From Octopus vulgaris (taxonomy: Eukaryota), in the NCBI GenBank assembly GCA_951406725.2, contig OX597831.1:7936001-8000000 (forward strand): a stretch of DNA of 64,000 nt, in the 5' to 3' direction. Position numbers and translations under genes: made by a program. The first letter of the stretch is position 1, and the number at the start of each line of letters is the position of its first letter. The notes below the pieces were generated by a model that was given only the letters and a program-made list of their open reading frames with translations, was not told where the DNA came from and made no database searches. This document shows positions 40,568-54,254 of the stretch, piece after piece.

Positions 40568-41574
40568 ACAATGATGATGATGATGATGATGAGTGTTAAT
40601 GTGATGGAGGGATGTTGTGGAGAAATTCTTTTTGATTAAATTTGGGGTTACATTATTGTTCAGAGTTTATTCATGTATAAAGAACTTTGTAAAAGTGTAT
40701 ATTTAGATGTGTCAGCTACAGGTCATGGGATTTATATATGAATTTCAATTTGTGTATATCATTGGAAGAATCTTATTCCTTTTTTTTTTTTAGATATTAA
40801 ACACCCCTACAGAGGGAGAGTTTCTGCCAACTAATTTCATAGATAACTTCAGTCAGTTGAAGCTTCTGAACTCACTTTATTATATATGTATCTATGGTAT
40901 GCTTACTTTCTCAACCCTGGATGAGAAAAATAAAGTAAATTGCAGTTGGATTTGAACCTTGAACCTAAAAAGTCATAAATAAATACCACAAAAGCATAGT
41001 GTCTAGCACTCAAAACCATTCTGCCAATGGACAACTCTAATTTTAAAACGTTTCAATGAAGTTATATTTAAACTGTGTGTGTGTTTACAATGGCACTGTT
41101 TATACTGCATTGACATTTCATTTTGATGTCCCACCTAAATAATTTATTCCATTTTCCAGTTGTTTGACTTCTGGAGACTCATTAAATAAAATTCCTTACA
41201 AGAAAGAAAAAAGAGAAAACAAATTATGGTTGGCACCAGGAAAGGCATCCTACTGTAGGATGTTGTACAGAGGACTCTTTTCCTTACTATAGCAGCATGG
41301 AGAAAGGAAGTTGTGAAAACGATGATGGTGGTGGTGGTGGTGGTGGTAGTGCTGCTGCTGTTGTTGTTATCAAGCAACAAGACAGGTAAGGGTGATTAGG
41401 TGATGGTCTGGGGCTTAGGGGCGGGAGACCCCAAACCTTGGAAAAAAAAACTTTTGTCGTCTTGTTGTAGTCGAGGGCTCTTCGTTGATGCCCGACACCA
41501 CTGGGAGGTGGCCCTCGAAGTCACTGGAAATGGAGATCTCCAGGTCCAAATTCTTGAACAGCTGCTGCTGCTGC

Positions 41575-41950
41575 TTGTTTATTTGTTTGTTGAGCGAAGC
41601 GGTCTTTGTCCTCTTCGGAGAAGTCCGGAACGTGGTCCTTTGCTATTCGTAAGACCCGCAGAAGAGAAAGCAGGTTCACCCCCGACACCAAGGGCATCAA
41701 CGGATGGATGAAAGCGCATCCAGACTCAATGGTTGCGTAGGAAGTCAGGGACAAGAAACAGGAAGTAAGAGCGAGAGAAAAGTTGGAGCGAAAGAGTACA
41801 ACAGGGGTCGCCACCACCCCCTGCCAGAGCCTTGTGGAGCTTTAGGTGTTTTCGCTCAATAAACACACACAACGCCCGGTCTGGGAATTGAAACCGCGAT
41901 CCTCCGACCGCGAGTCCGCTGCCCTAACCATTGGGCCATTGCGCCTCCAC
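41575..41950 (-). mobile_element. tRNA-derived SINE (same family as 48731-49099)
   Basis: Same head, core and (CAAA)n tail; flanked on both sides by (CTG)n. Confidence 0.88.
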
Positions 41951-43185
41951 TACTGCTGCTGCTGCTGCTAATGGTTTGTAATGATGCAAATAAGAGACAC
42001 CAGCTGCCAGGCCACAAGAACTGATACCAAGTTTCTTCTTTTCTGCTGTAAAAACATTTCCTTCCCCCAAACCCTTCTTCACTTCCTACCTTTATATGTA
42101 ATAAAACAGCTTCTTACTTAGCTCCTTCCATGACTCCCACTCCTGTTACCTGACTAAATAAACAGACAGGCCCCCCCCCCCCCCCCCAGTTTTTATGAAG
42201 ACATCAGGAATTTATTGGTTTATTTATTTATTTCTTTTAGAGACATTTCAATTCCAAACAGCCATTTAACCAGGATTTGCTCTTATTTATGACTGGCATT
42301 TGTTTGGTCGGGGTCTGGGTGTGTATGTATGGATGTCTATGGGAGTGTTAGTGTGTGTATATGTGTGTAAGTGCACATGTAATAGCATGTTTATGTGAGC
42401 ATGGTGTATGTATATGTATGTGTGTATATGCATGTTTTTATGAGTGTGTGTGCATGTGCATGCGTGTGTCTGGTATGTTTGTATACATATGTGTGTAAGT
42501 TTGTGTGATTTTATGTCTGTATGTACGAGTATACATGTGTGTATGAGTGTACATGTGTGTGTGTATACGTGCAAATATAAGCTTATATTTATGCATGTGA
42601 ACATGGTGTGTGTGTGCATGTGTTTATATTTGTGTGTGTGTTGTATATACACACACACATATATTTGTGTATACATATGTATGTATATATATGTATATAT
42701 ACATACACACACACATATATATATGTATGTGTGTATGTCTGTTTGTGTGTATGAAGCTTATGTATGATTTTGTATGCATCTATGCTCGTAAGTGTGCCAT
42801 TGTGTGTGTGTGTGTGTGTGTCTATACATATGTAAGTATTCTTTTCTTTGTTTCTTTAACTTCCCAGAATATTGGAAAATACAGAAAAAAAAAACCCAAC
42901 TAAATCTAAAAAATGAGTGAAGACTTTCCCATTTAACAGCAGTGGTGGTGGTGGTGGTGGTGGTGGTAGAAGACAACTTTATCACCTGCCTGAAACTTGA
43001 TACCAAGGAATCAGTGTGGTCTGTGGCTTAGGGGAAGGCAAGATGGCACAGCTAAGAAAGGCTTGCTAGTTGAGAAATGCAGCTGAGTGACACTGGCTGG
43101 CTGTTAGAGTAAGGAAATTGCACTTCAGCCCATAACCCCACCTCTCTCTCTCTCCTTCATCTCCTTCCTCTCTGCCCCCTATCTA

Positions 43186-43221
<36 letters not shown>

Positions 43222-43642
43222 CCTGATCACACTCCTATTTGTTGTAATAAAATACAGGATTGCTGTCAAGATGTGGAACATCCCTCATATGTTTTTCTGT
43301 CAAATATTGGATTGGGAGTCAGTCACAGAGCCAACCTTCCCATTCTTATGGCATGATGAACCTGTCAGAGACTTTCTGTGAATTCTGCTACTATTATATT
43401 CAGTCTTTTTTTTTTCCTCAAGCTTGCTTCTTGTCTCACAAACATTTCCCAGAATCTAGAATCATTCTGCTGATTTGAGAAATTTTTTTTTTTCATGGAA
43501 ACACAAAGCTAGAAATTTGAGTGGAAGGGAGCATTCAAATAATCGGACCTTAAGTGGGTGTCCCATACTTTATTTTGGCTGCAAGGAGGTGACCAGTGGA
43601 GTCAACATAGGCATTGGAAGGACTGCTTGGATGTGATATATA

Positions 43643-43932
43643 TATCACCGTGATCACCAGGCTATCAGATGTTGCTACATATCGCTGGTCACAATGCGCT
43701 TCGCATTGTTTTAGCCTTCAAATGACACCATCCCGCTGGCTAAGCGAGCAGGCCAACAGAAGAAAGAGTGAGAGAAAGTTGTGGCGAAAGAGTACAGCAG
43801 GGATCGCCACCACCCCCTGGCGGAGCTGTGTGGAGCTTTAGGTGTTTTCACTCACAACGCCCGGTTTGGGAATCGAAACCGCGATCCTACAACCGTGAGT
43901 CCGCTGCCCTAACCACTGGGCCATTGTGCCTC

Positions 43933-43935
<3 letters not shown>
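43643..43935 (-). mobile_element. tRNA-derived SINE with shared head/core but a different 3' tail
   Basis: 43770-43935 matches the 41575/48731 family; 43643-43760 is unrelated to their tails. Confidence 0.8.
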
Positions 43936-43971
<36 letters not shown>

Positions 43972-44744
43972 GCAAATAACACCTGTAAGGAGGTGCTTTA
44001 TCCATTCACCAAAGTAAATGGAGCCTTGACCAGATATTCTATCTGTTGTCAGATGGTATCCAATGATATATATATAATCATACACACATTATATGTATAA
44101 ACCAAGACAGAGTCAAACATTCTTTACACTCATGCAACACCAACCTTGTGGACTCCAAACACACCAGATTTAAATCTCAAAGACTAATGTGCTTGGAGCA
44201 TGATTGAAAGAGAGACTCATCGACATCCTCACATCACCTCAGCTTCACTGAAGGCCTCCATTGTCCACATGATGAAACAAATAAGGACCATTTAGGGCAA
44301 GGGTGTCAACAATTTCAATCTTGTGTGGAAAATGTCATCAAAGCTGAAGGCAGACTCACGAAAGCTTATATCAACCATATGTTTATTCAAATACTTTTGG
44401 TGTTTTGCAAGATTAGAGTTGTCTTATTGCATTACCAATTATATCCCCAAATCTTCTCACATCCTCTGTGTGCATGTGTGAGCATATATATACATGTGTG
44501 TGTGTATGTGAGTGTTGGTGTTTCCTGGTCTTCACATTGTTTGGTAGTTGTGAATAAGTGTCAGTGTCATACAGGCAGTGTTGTTCATTAACAATTGTCT
44601 GTGGAAACATGTCTGGTCATGGAGAGATATTATTTTGCTTAGGAACTGGCGAGGACTGGTGACAGGAAGAGCATCCAGCTGCAGAAAGAAATCTGCTTCA
44701 TTGAATTCTATCTGACCTAGGCAAGCAAGGAAAAGTGGATGTTA

Positions 44745-44885
44745 AAATGATGATGGAGGTGGTGGTGGTGGTGGTGGTAGTGGTGATGATGATGATGATG
44801 ATGACAATGGTAGTGATGATGATGATGATGGTGTTAGTGATGATGATGATGACGATGGTGGTTGTGGTAGTGGTGGTGGTGGTGA
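44745..44885. repeat. (GAT)/(GGT) trinucleotide array
   Basis: Direct inspection; tail of an adjacent retroposon. Confidence 0.9.
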
Positions 44886-45762
44886 ATTTATCTGCCAAGA
44901 AATTACAGCAAAAAGTGGAGGAACACAAAAGGAAATAATGTCAGCATGGAGACGAAGTTGAAGAACAAAGAAACAGGCTCACTCTCCTCTCTGCAAATCT
45001 TTAAAAGAAAAGAACTGATGCCATTGTTAAAACAACCTCCCAACTTCATTTAGCTTCAGATTCCTTTTAACCGATGCCAAACTTGGCTACTTTTCTTCAG
45101 TTCTATTGCTTTATTAAGCAGATAATTTCTTTGTTTTATAACTTGTTAATTTTTAAAATTCTGATGGGAATAGCTATTTATTTTAGCATGTCAGTTAACC
45201 TTTTCAGGCCTGTTTTACCTTTTTATATGAAGAAAATAGTTGTTTTCATTATCTAAAATAACTGATGCAGTGAATTTCTGGTTTTTTGCTTGCTTTTCAT
45301 TAGATACATATACATATATATATACATATACATATATATATACATATACACATATATTACATTGAACTGCAGCCATGGCTACGGTTCTGGCTTTAAGGAT
45401 TTTGGTCAAACAAATCAACTCCAGGACTTATTTTAGCTTCAGGGTCTGACTCCTTTTCTATCTGTTCTTTTTGTCTCACCCCTAAGTTAAAGGGGGTATA
45501 TACATACAATATACATATAATTTAAATTTTGAATTTTATATTTTATATATTTTGTATATTATATTAGTTAATTTTATTTCTATGTTTTGGTTTATGTTTT
45601 TCACTGTTTGATTTGCCTAATAGTGGTTTTAACTCTAATTTAATATATAAATATATATATTTATACTGTAAAATTAGATTTAATCCTAAATCTAATTTTT
45701 CCCTGTATTATTATTATACATATATATATATATATAATAATAAATAGTGGTTTTGTCTCTAA

Positions 45763-45809
<47 letters not shown>

Positions 45810-48730
45810 CACATATATAGATATGTATACATATATACTTATATATATATATTAGGTACAACATTAAAAGATGATGGCAGTGACGATGTATCCAGGGCAA
45901 TAAATAGTAGAAGACAGTTGCTCAAGGTGCCGTACTGTGAGACTGAACTCATAATTGCATGGTAGCAAAATGAGCTTGTTAACCACACAGCCATGCCTGG
46001 ATAATATTAAACATATTCCTGTGCCAAAATATAGAGAGAGGTCACAGTTTAAACTTTGGAAATTTACCAATCCCAAAGTAACCTGCATAAGTCTTCATGC
46101 GATATCAATCCGCAAGTGAATGACAACATCTCTTCAATCTTGATTCCAGATGTTTCTGTTCTTCGACATGTCTATAACATTAAATGAATTAATTGTTTCA
46201 ATCAGGAATCAAGTGAAGAGAGAATGCGACAGTTAGGTGTAGTCCTGCCACTCACACACACAGACGCATTGTGTTGTCCAGCTGTCTGCTCTAAAAACAT
46301 TTTAAGATTAGATACGTAAATGTTCATCTGTAATAGGTCTGAAGAGGTTAAAATTTCCAATTTGTCAACTTAATATATCGTATTTAAAATATTGAATATT
46401 CACTGAGAAAATGTTGTGTTTTATTTCTAAAACAGTCATCAATAAGATTATTAAACATTGTTTCACAATAGCAAGCAATAAATATGCTTGCAGTTGTGAA
46501 CAACAAACAGAGAAAAAAACACAGTGATTGTTTTTTCAACCAAAATTGTTAAATGCAAATGCTTCTACTTCATTATTGCAGGGGTGGCTGTGTGGTAGGA
46601 AGTTTGCTTCCTAACCACATGGCTGTGTGTTCAATCCTGCTATGTGGTGCCTTGAGCATGTTTCTTCTAGTATAGCCTTGAGCTGATCAAAGCTTTGTGA
46701 GTGGATTTGGTAGACAGAAACTGAAAGAAGTCCATCAAATATTTGTGTGTGTGTGTGTATCTTTATAGCTGTGTTTGTCCTCCACTACATTGCTTGACAA
46801 CTAGTGTTGGTTTGTTTATGACCGCATAGTTTAGCAGTTCGGCAAAAGTGACAAATAGAAAAAGTATCAGCATTAACAAAAGTTCTGGGATTGAATTATC
46901 CAACTAAAAATGTTTGAAGGTGGTGCCCCAGTATGGCCACAGTCTAATGATTGAAACAAGCAAAAGATACGAAAGGTTGTTTGCTGAAACAAGCCATGCT
47001 ACACAATTAATTGTTAACTTAAGTTGAGAGTTTTAGTGGCTCCATTCCTGTTGAAGTGGTTTCCCTTTTGTGATTCCATTCAACATCAACACGAATCAGA
47101 GGTTGATGTTAGGAAGGGCATTCTGACAAGGGATGGCCATGCAAGGAAAGGTTGAAGAATCACCAAACTTGTATAACTAAGAACAACTGAGAGAAAAAGA
47201 TGAACTTGATCTTCTGGACTGACTCAACAGAGTTGGAGGGAGGGTGTGAAATGTTTGGGGTTCAGCCATTTTGGCCTCACTCGTTTATCATCACTCATTT
47301 TTGATGCTGATTTAGTTGGCATCCGGCATTTTAATGTTGCCCTTGTTCTCTCTCACTCTCTTCCTTCTCTCTCTCTCTCTCTCTCTTCTCCCCTCTTCCC
47401 CCTCTCTCTTCCTGTTTATATGTGGGAGAATATTTCCCTTTTATGTGTTTGAGAAGGAAAGGGTTTATGCCAATCAGGTTCAGTTATTAAATTGGAATCT
47501 CCCCCCCTCTCTCTCTCTTTCCCCTTCACTATTTGTATGTGTATATTTCTGCATGTGCAAGTGTGACATGTTTGCCCCAGGTGCCAGAAAGTACTGTCAC
47601 CAAAGAAGCCATCACCAAAACAGGTTCAATGTCCAGTTAGCTATGCCAAACACCCATGCCCAGTCCATTCAAAGCTGGATATAGATACCTGAGCTATGAC
47701 ATACAAAATGAATTCAGTTCTATAATGGCTAACCTTGTTCTAAACTTTTTTTTTTTGGTCTGAAACAGATACTTAACCTTTTCAGTTATTGCTGGTGAAT
47801 ACTATCAAAGCCTCCAACAAAAAAAGTAAATTCTGTATTCATTGAATCAACAAATATTTCGTGGCCAATGGAGAATTTTTGGTTTGTTTATTGTTTGGCA
47901 GACATAAAATCTTTACCATTATAATGGATGCACTCACAAAACTGCAACTGCATTCATACAACTGTAGAAGCAGAGGATTATGCTTTGATAAAAGCAAGCA
48001 TCATGTTTTGGGAAAAACTTTTGAATGGTGAAGCATTTGGAAGCACTTCAAAGCAAAAGATTTAGCAAAACACTGTCAAACAGATTCTTTAAACCTGAGT
48101 CTCCCAAAGTCAGATATCATGTGACATGTTAAGACAACAAAGAGACTGTTACTCAATTATTTACCGAATACAGAGAATTCACTTAATGAGTTGAAAAGGA
48201 GGTGTTGAAGTGTCTGGAAGTAAATTAATGCCTGGTGCTATTTTAATTAAGATGGCAAGTACCCATTGCCTACTTTTGATGATTTCTTGATAACTATTCA
48301 GTCTTGTTTGAATGTTGTCAAGAATGTGTAGAGCCCCAACTGAATGCTGATATCTGGTGCTAGGTTCAAATGGAAATATTTAGTTTCTTCTTTGGCCACA
48401 GTTCTTTTACTCACACGCAGACAATTTATCAAAGTCACATCAAACAGAAAACTTTCTGTGAACGAATGGACAAAGGTTTATATTTTGGCAAACATTTAAA
48501 ACCATCTGAATGAATAAACAGCCAAATGCAAACACCAAATAATAGAAATTTGTAAAATTTGCCAAGTTTTGTTGGTAACATTTGGTACGGCTGAATAAAT
48601 ACTTTCTCGAACAAAATGATTGAAAAATATGTCTTTGGTCAAGAATGACACAGGCAAGATTAAATCCTTTGGCTATTCATTCATAGCCAAAAAAAAAAGG
48701 GGAAAACAAAATAACTCTGATTGCAGTTGC

Positions 48731-49099
48731 CGTTTGTTTGTTGAGCGAAGCGGCCTTCGTTCCAGAGCTCGCAAGATCGCACCTCAGGATTGTCTGCAGA
48801 AGTTTGAAATGTGGTCCTTTGCTATTCGTAAGAACCACAGAAGAGAAAGGAGGTCAACCCCTGACACCGAGAGCATCGCGGATGGATGAATACGCATCCA
48901 GGCTCAGCGGGGACAAGAAACAGGAAGAAAGTTTGAGTGAAAGAGTACAACAGGGGTCGCCACCACCCCCTGCCAGAGCCTCGTGGAGCTTTAGGTGTTT
49001 TCGCTCAATAAACACACACAACGCCCGGTCTGGGAATCGAAACCGCGATCCTCCGACCACGAGTCCACTGCCCTAACCACTGGGCCATTGCGCCTCCAC
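48731..49099 (-). mobile_element. Young tRNA-derived SINE with 10-bp TSD
   Basis: Head GTGGAGGCGCAATGGCCCAGTGGTTAGG (A-box) ... GTTTCGATTCC (B-box); (CAAA)n tail; TSD TTGCAGTTGC at 48721-48730 and 49100-49109. Confidence 0.9.
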
Positions 49100-50596
49100 T
49101 TGCAGTTGCTGTGGAATTTGTCTTCTGTATTGGGAAAAGAACTGTGATACATTCTGATTGGTTCAATGGTAAACTTATTTGAATAATAAGGTTTTATTAT
49201 TGTGACTTTGCATTCTTAGAAAGTCACTATTGAGATTTTACTTGAAATACATCATAAACTTTAATCAATGCCTTCCAAAACCTCCCAGTTTCAGCAAAAC
49301 CCTGTATTTTTTTTTCTTGCCTCTCGTTACCCTTGGTTCATCTTTTAATATTAATTTAGAGGGAAAATCCTGATATTGAAGGAGAGAAGTGTGTACAGTG
49401 TGTACTTTGTGGTTCTGAAACAATAATGCATGGGAGAAAGCAAGTTTTCCTAATGTGGACCTGACAAAGGGACCAAACTGGTATCATAAAGCAATTAAGG
49501 ATATGGAGAGAGAGAAAGTCCCTGGTCTGTCAGGTGTTCCACTGAGATGCTTTACCCCCCACCTACACTTTTCTCCTGTACACCCATTCATTTTGCTAAT
49601 GGAAGCTTCCACCTTTATGTGCCTCTGATTCTGTCCTTGGCATTATGCATCTCTCTTGCACCCCACCACTTCACATCATCTGTGCTGCCATCAATCACCT
49701 CACTAACCCATTCCTATTTCCTCCACCCTTCCCTCCAACTGATTTTCATGACTGACCACACCTCCACCCCTGACCTGTCACTCTCCTTCCACACTCTTAC
49801 TCACCCATCCATTCACCCTGTCTAATTCTCTGCAACCAATTCTCTTTTGTTCACCTTTCTATAATTTGAAGGTACACCCTAACACATCTTCACCACCATC
49901 ACTTCTCTCTCCCAACTGAGGTAACCACATACCTCCTCCACAGAAAGACACCTGTCACACCTGGCCTTCTATCATACTTTAGCTTCTCATCATTTGGCAA
50001 AAAAAACTGCCTCCCCCAAAACTACTCTCACCTCAGTTGACGAGGCCTTGACTTGCAAATTACTTGGCAACCACATTAAGCAACCAGTACACACTCTCAG
50101 AGTGGTTGGCATCAGGAAGGGCATCCAGCTGTAGGAACCATGCCAAAACCGAGGCATTGGGGCTTGATGCTGTCCTCTGGATTGCCAGCTGCTGTTGAAT
50201 CATCCAACTCATGCCATCATGGAAAAATCATCATCATCATCGTTCTCACTATCATCATCATCATCATCATCATCTAACATTTGTTTTCTATACTGGTATG
50301 GGTTGGACAGTTTGACAAATGGCTGTGGAGAGGTTGGGTAACTCTGCTCATAGGTAAAAATTTTCTCCCATTCAAACTTGAAATTCCTCACTAATGAAAT
50401 TTTAAAAAGCAAAAGGAGAAAATGGCTTAAGTATTAAAACCAAAGCAGAACTGTATTTGGCAGATTATAAATAACCCATCATGCCATCTATTTTGATCCT
50501 CATGATGGTGAGCCTGATGTTCTAACCACTGAGCCATGTGCCTTCACTACAGTATATATATAAGAGTGATTATACTTTGAACATACATCTACTATA

Positions 50597-51008
50597 AGGG
50601 CGGCGAGCTGGCGGAATCGTTAGCATGCCAGGCGAAATTCTTAGCGGTATTTCGTCTGCTGTTACGTTCTAAGTTCAAATTCCGCCGTGGTCGATTTTGC
50701 CTGTCATCCTTTTTGGGTCGATTAAATAAGTACCAGTTACGCACTGGGGTTGATATAATCGACTTAATCCGTTTGTCCTTGTTTGTCCTCTCTGTGTTTA
50801 GCCCCTTGTGGGTAGTAAAGAAATAGGTATTTTGTCTGCCGTTACGTTCTGAGTTCAAATTCCGCCGAGGCTGACTTTGCCTGTCATCCTTTCAGGGTCG
50901 ATTAAATAAGTACCAGTTATGTACTGGGGTCAATATAATCGACTTAATCCGTTTGTCTGTCCTTGTCTGTCCCCTCTGTGTTTAGCCCCTTGTGGGTAGT
51001 AAAGAAAT
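50597..51008 (+). mobile_element. Dimeric SINE (GGCGAGCTGGCAGAATCGTTAGC family) with 16-bp TSD
   Basis: Head plus a partial second unit; TSD ACATA(C/T)ATCTACTATA at 50581-50596 and 51009-51024; other copies at about 9468, 9710, 17960, 18353, 23889, 30580(-) and 53800(-). Confidence 0.88.
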
Positions 51009-52478
51009 ACATATATCTACTATACATGTATACACATTCATCTTTAAGTCATGAAGGCTGGGATTTTCTTTGACCAAATTTAACAGCTTTTCTGATAAAG
51101 TGAAATGAAGAGAATAAACATGATGTTGGTTGAATGTTTCACTCTGTCAACAACTTTCTGAAGCTTTTGTTCCTTCTTCTTAATATTTTATTATTGTAAG
51201 TTTTACAAGCTATCAATTGCGATAATTTAATATAAGTTATATAATCTAAGAATCTGTAAAATCAAAGAGTTGGCACAGATGCGACTCTTTAATTTAATAT
51301 TATCGTAGGCACAGATGCGCTTTACAGGTTCTTTTGAACTTGTAGTTCACCAGTGGAACTAAAAAGGTACAGCATTGATGGTGCGAAGAAAGGCCCTTTC
51401 GTTAATACCATTTCTCCCACTGGTCTCATCTATAAGTCAATACATCAATAGATCTGACAACTCATTGATGAATAGATACCTCTGATGATGAAAAAGTCTT
51501 GGGATAGATCAGATAAATAACTGGATTGATTGTGTGACAAACAGATATATCTATCGTCGAAAGAATTATTGGAGGAGTTTAAAATCGACTGGTAAACATC
51601 AGTTTGATTTCAGTGAAACAACTTCCAACATGATAAACAAACGTTAAGTTAGAATTGAAAGGTTAAGAAAATTATCATATGTGACGAATATGAGTGACAA
51701 GAAGAAGGAAAAGATAGAAAAAGGAAACAAAATTTATAAATAAAACATATTTTTCTCTGTCAGTTCTTTATAAGATTCATAACTTGTTGATGGTGTTTAC
51801 TTAAATTTTGGTTATGAGATGAGATGAGAGGTCATGTAGTCCTTCTTATATAACGTTATATTTTGGCAACACATATATTTACATAACCTTCCTACTTCAC
51901 CACAAAACATTTTAGTATCTTTTATTTGTAAAGTGTCATTGGAAACAGTCATCGGAGCTGTCATATTTCCACCACTGTAAACTTAACTCAAGTGACAAGC
52001 CAGGCCATAACGGCTCACACCAAATAAAGTAATGGCGGCAGTGGATGAAATATTTAAATCACTCGACTTGCTTCCTTCAAATACAAATTCAATAAAAGAA
52101 TCTACAGCTTGAACAAAACCATGAAGAAGTAGATAGAACTGTGAATTTGTCATTAATTCTATCAACTAGTAAATAGCGTTTAGCCCCAGGCAGGCTCACG
52201 TTGAGCAGAACTACAAACAAAAGTATTCTACTCATAATCATCTCATCTGTATTATCCAATATCACATAAAAGAATTGGGTAGAATTTAAGGAAATTTGTA
52301 TGCATGCTTTTACATATAAATACATACATATATCTTACACATATATACCATTATGCCTATAAAACAGATTTATGAGCTCAATAACCATACATATCTTACA
52401 TCTATTTTCTTTCCTCCACTTCACTCTCTATTTGTATCACATCGAAACTAACTATGACTTAACTATTCCTCTCACACC

Positions 52479-52533
52479 GTCTCCGATGAAGGAATATTAT
52501 TATTAATTAATATTCTAGAAACAGCTGTAAGAC
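52479..52533 (+). ncRNA. Hammerhead-like motif, CCGATGA core variant
   Basis: GTCT-CCGATGA-a-GGAATATT...AATATTCT-a-GAAA-CAGCTG-TA-AGAC; stem I GTCT/AGAC, palindromic stem III. Confidence 0.55.
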
Positions 52534-52649
52534 CTATCTATAAATGCTCTAATATCTATACAGCCTTGGTTTTTTTTATCTCATTATGCAAAAAATTCAT
52601 ATATCTCTATATATCTATATATAAATATAATTGAAAAAATTTGGAGTCA

Positions 52650-52990
52650 ACAATAAGAAGGAGTACAGTTGGACATTTATTTTCAATCACCACAATTGTT
52701 TCTATGCAACGTAGTTCTCCAGGCATGCAGGTACTTGATTATGCAACCGTTTCCCTCCGTTATGAGATCTAGTTGTGTTTCCTCAGGCGATATGTAAATA
52801 TTGTCTCCATAAGTTCAAATTCTTGGCTTCAAGAGCATCCTTTCTGCCTGATGTGGATTGCAGTTAGTAGCAGCCACTGAGTTTATCAAAAATATGTGGC
52901 TGAAGGTCCATTGGTAAACTATTGTTTCTACGTTGTGTAGAAACAATTGTAGTGCTTGAAAATAAATGTCCAACCGTACTCATTCTTGTA
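52650..52990. mobile_element. Inverted pseudo-LTR-like pair with hammerhead remnants (Penelope-like)
   Basis: About 65-bp arms (52650-52715 and 52927-52990), each with GAAA-CAATTG-T; CTGAGGA on minus near 52780 and CTGATGT on plus near 52848. Confidence 0.5.
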
Positions 52991-54047
52991 TCTATTCATA
53001 CTCAACAAAAGCCCAGATGCAAACCTGGAAGTATGTATAATACAACCACTGGATAGCACAGGATGAAATCTGAAGATGGATGTGCTTTGTACTGTACTCT
53101 ACTATGTTCTTAATAGAATATACCATAACTGTGTGTGTGTGTATGTATGACTGAAAAGGAAAGAAAAAGAAAACATACATTCCATAAATTTCTCCCAAAC
53201 TGTAATTATTTTCCCTTTGTAAGAAATGTTTTGCTTCATAAAAATGTTTAATTTATATTCCTTGATTGCGTCGAGCTGTTGGTTTTTAACAAGAATGAAA
53301 TAGTGCTAAAATTCAGTGCTAAAATTCTATGCAGTTTCTTTCTTCTTCTTATTTCAAATTCAAACTTTACTCACACCAAATATTATGAAGAATTAATTAA
53401 CTCCTTTGTATTAACTGTCTTCTAGGGGACACCATATGTTTGACAAACTCAGATTGTGAATACAATAGGATCTAACCAAACTGTTGACATAAGGCTGAAG
53501 TGTTAAATCATTGAAGTTACTTAGATAGATAGACAGATAAATGGATAGATAGATACATACATACATACACACATGAATGTATGTATGTATATAAATATTT
53601 ATACACATAAGGACTCTGGTGAATTCCAGTCAACAATTAATATAGTCTAATAATGATCAAATGCATATCAATAACAAATCTAAACTTACATAAACACCAA
53701 TAAATGTTTCGTCAGAGAAGGGGAATTGCTGATGGAATGAACCCACGTATATTACTGGTACTTGTTTTACCAATCCTGCAAGGAGAAAAATCAAAACTAA
53801 ATATTAATTTCAAATTTTGGAACAAGGCCAGCAAGTTTGGGGGATGGGGGTCAGTCAATTACACCGGCCCCAGTACATAACTGGTACTTATTTTATTGAC
53901 CCTGAAAGAATGAAAGGCAAAGTCACTCTTTGCAGAATTTGAACTCAGAACACGAAGACGAATGCAATGCCACGAAGCATTTTGTCCAGCATGTAATCAG
54001 TCCTTCCAGCTGACCACCACCAAAACTAAATAACATAAGACTTTTAA

Positions 54048-54250
54048 CCCTTTAGCATTCACATTATCCAGTCAAAAGTAATGTTTATTAATTCATTGTT
54101 TTTAACTAATCATTCATTATCTTGTGGCTATGAGATTTTGACGAGCTAATCGTTAATTTTTTAGAATGACATTGTAAGGTAGGTTTGAGAAATCAGATCT
54201 GACCAGGTAGAATATTTTGGCTAGATATGGCCAGTTTAAATGCTAAGGGG
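54048..54250. mobile_element. piggyBac-like MITE
   Basis: TTAA|CCCTTTAGCATT ... AATGCTAAGGGG|TTAA: TTAA TSD and CCC/GGG termini. Confidence 0.8.
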
Positions 54251-54254
54251 TTAA

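Noticed and set aside
44698-44938. Poly-T/I and poly-M/V ORFs
   Set aside because: (GAT)/(GGT) trinucleotide tail of a retroposon
46083-46171. Possible minus-strand cassette exon (tag|ACATGTCG...TGCAG|gttact)
   Set aside because: Weak donor, no homology and no way to link it without transcript data
49020-49099. tRNA-like sequences (also near 41950, 43935 and 29868)
   Set aside because: SINE heads attached to core and tail sequence, with TSDs in several cases; not tRNA genes
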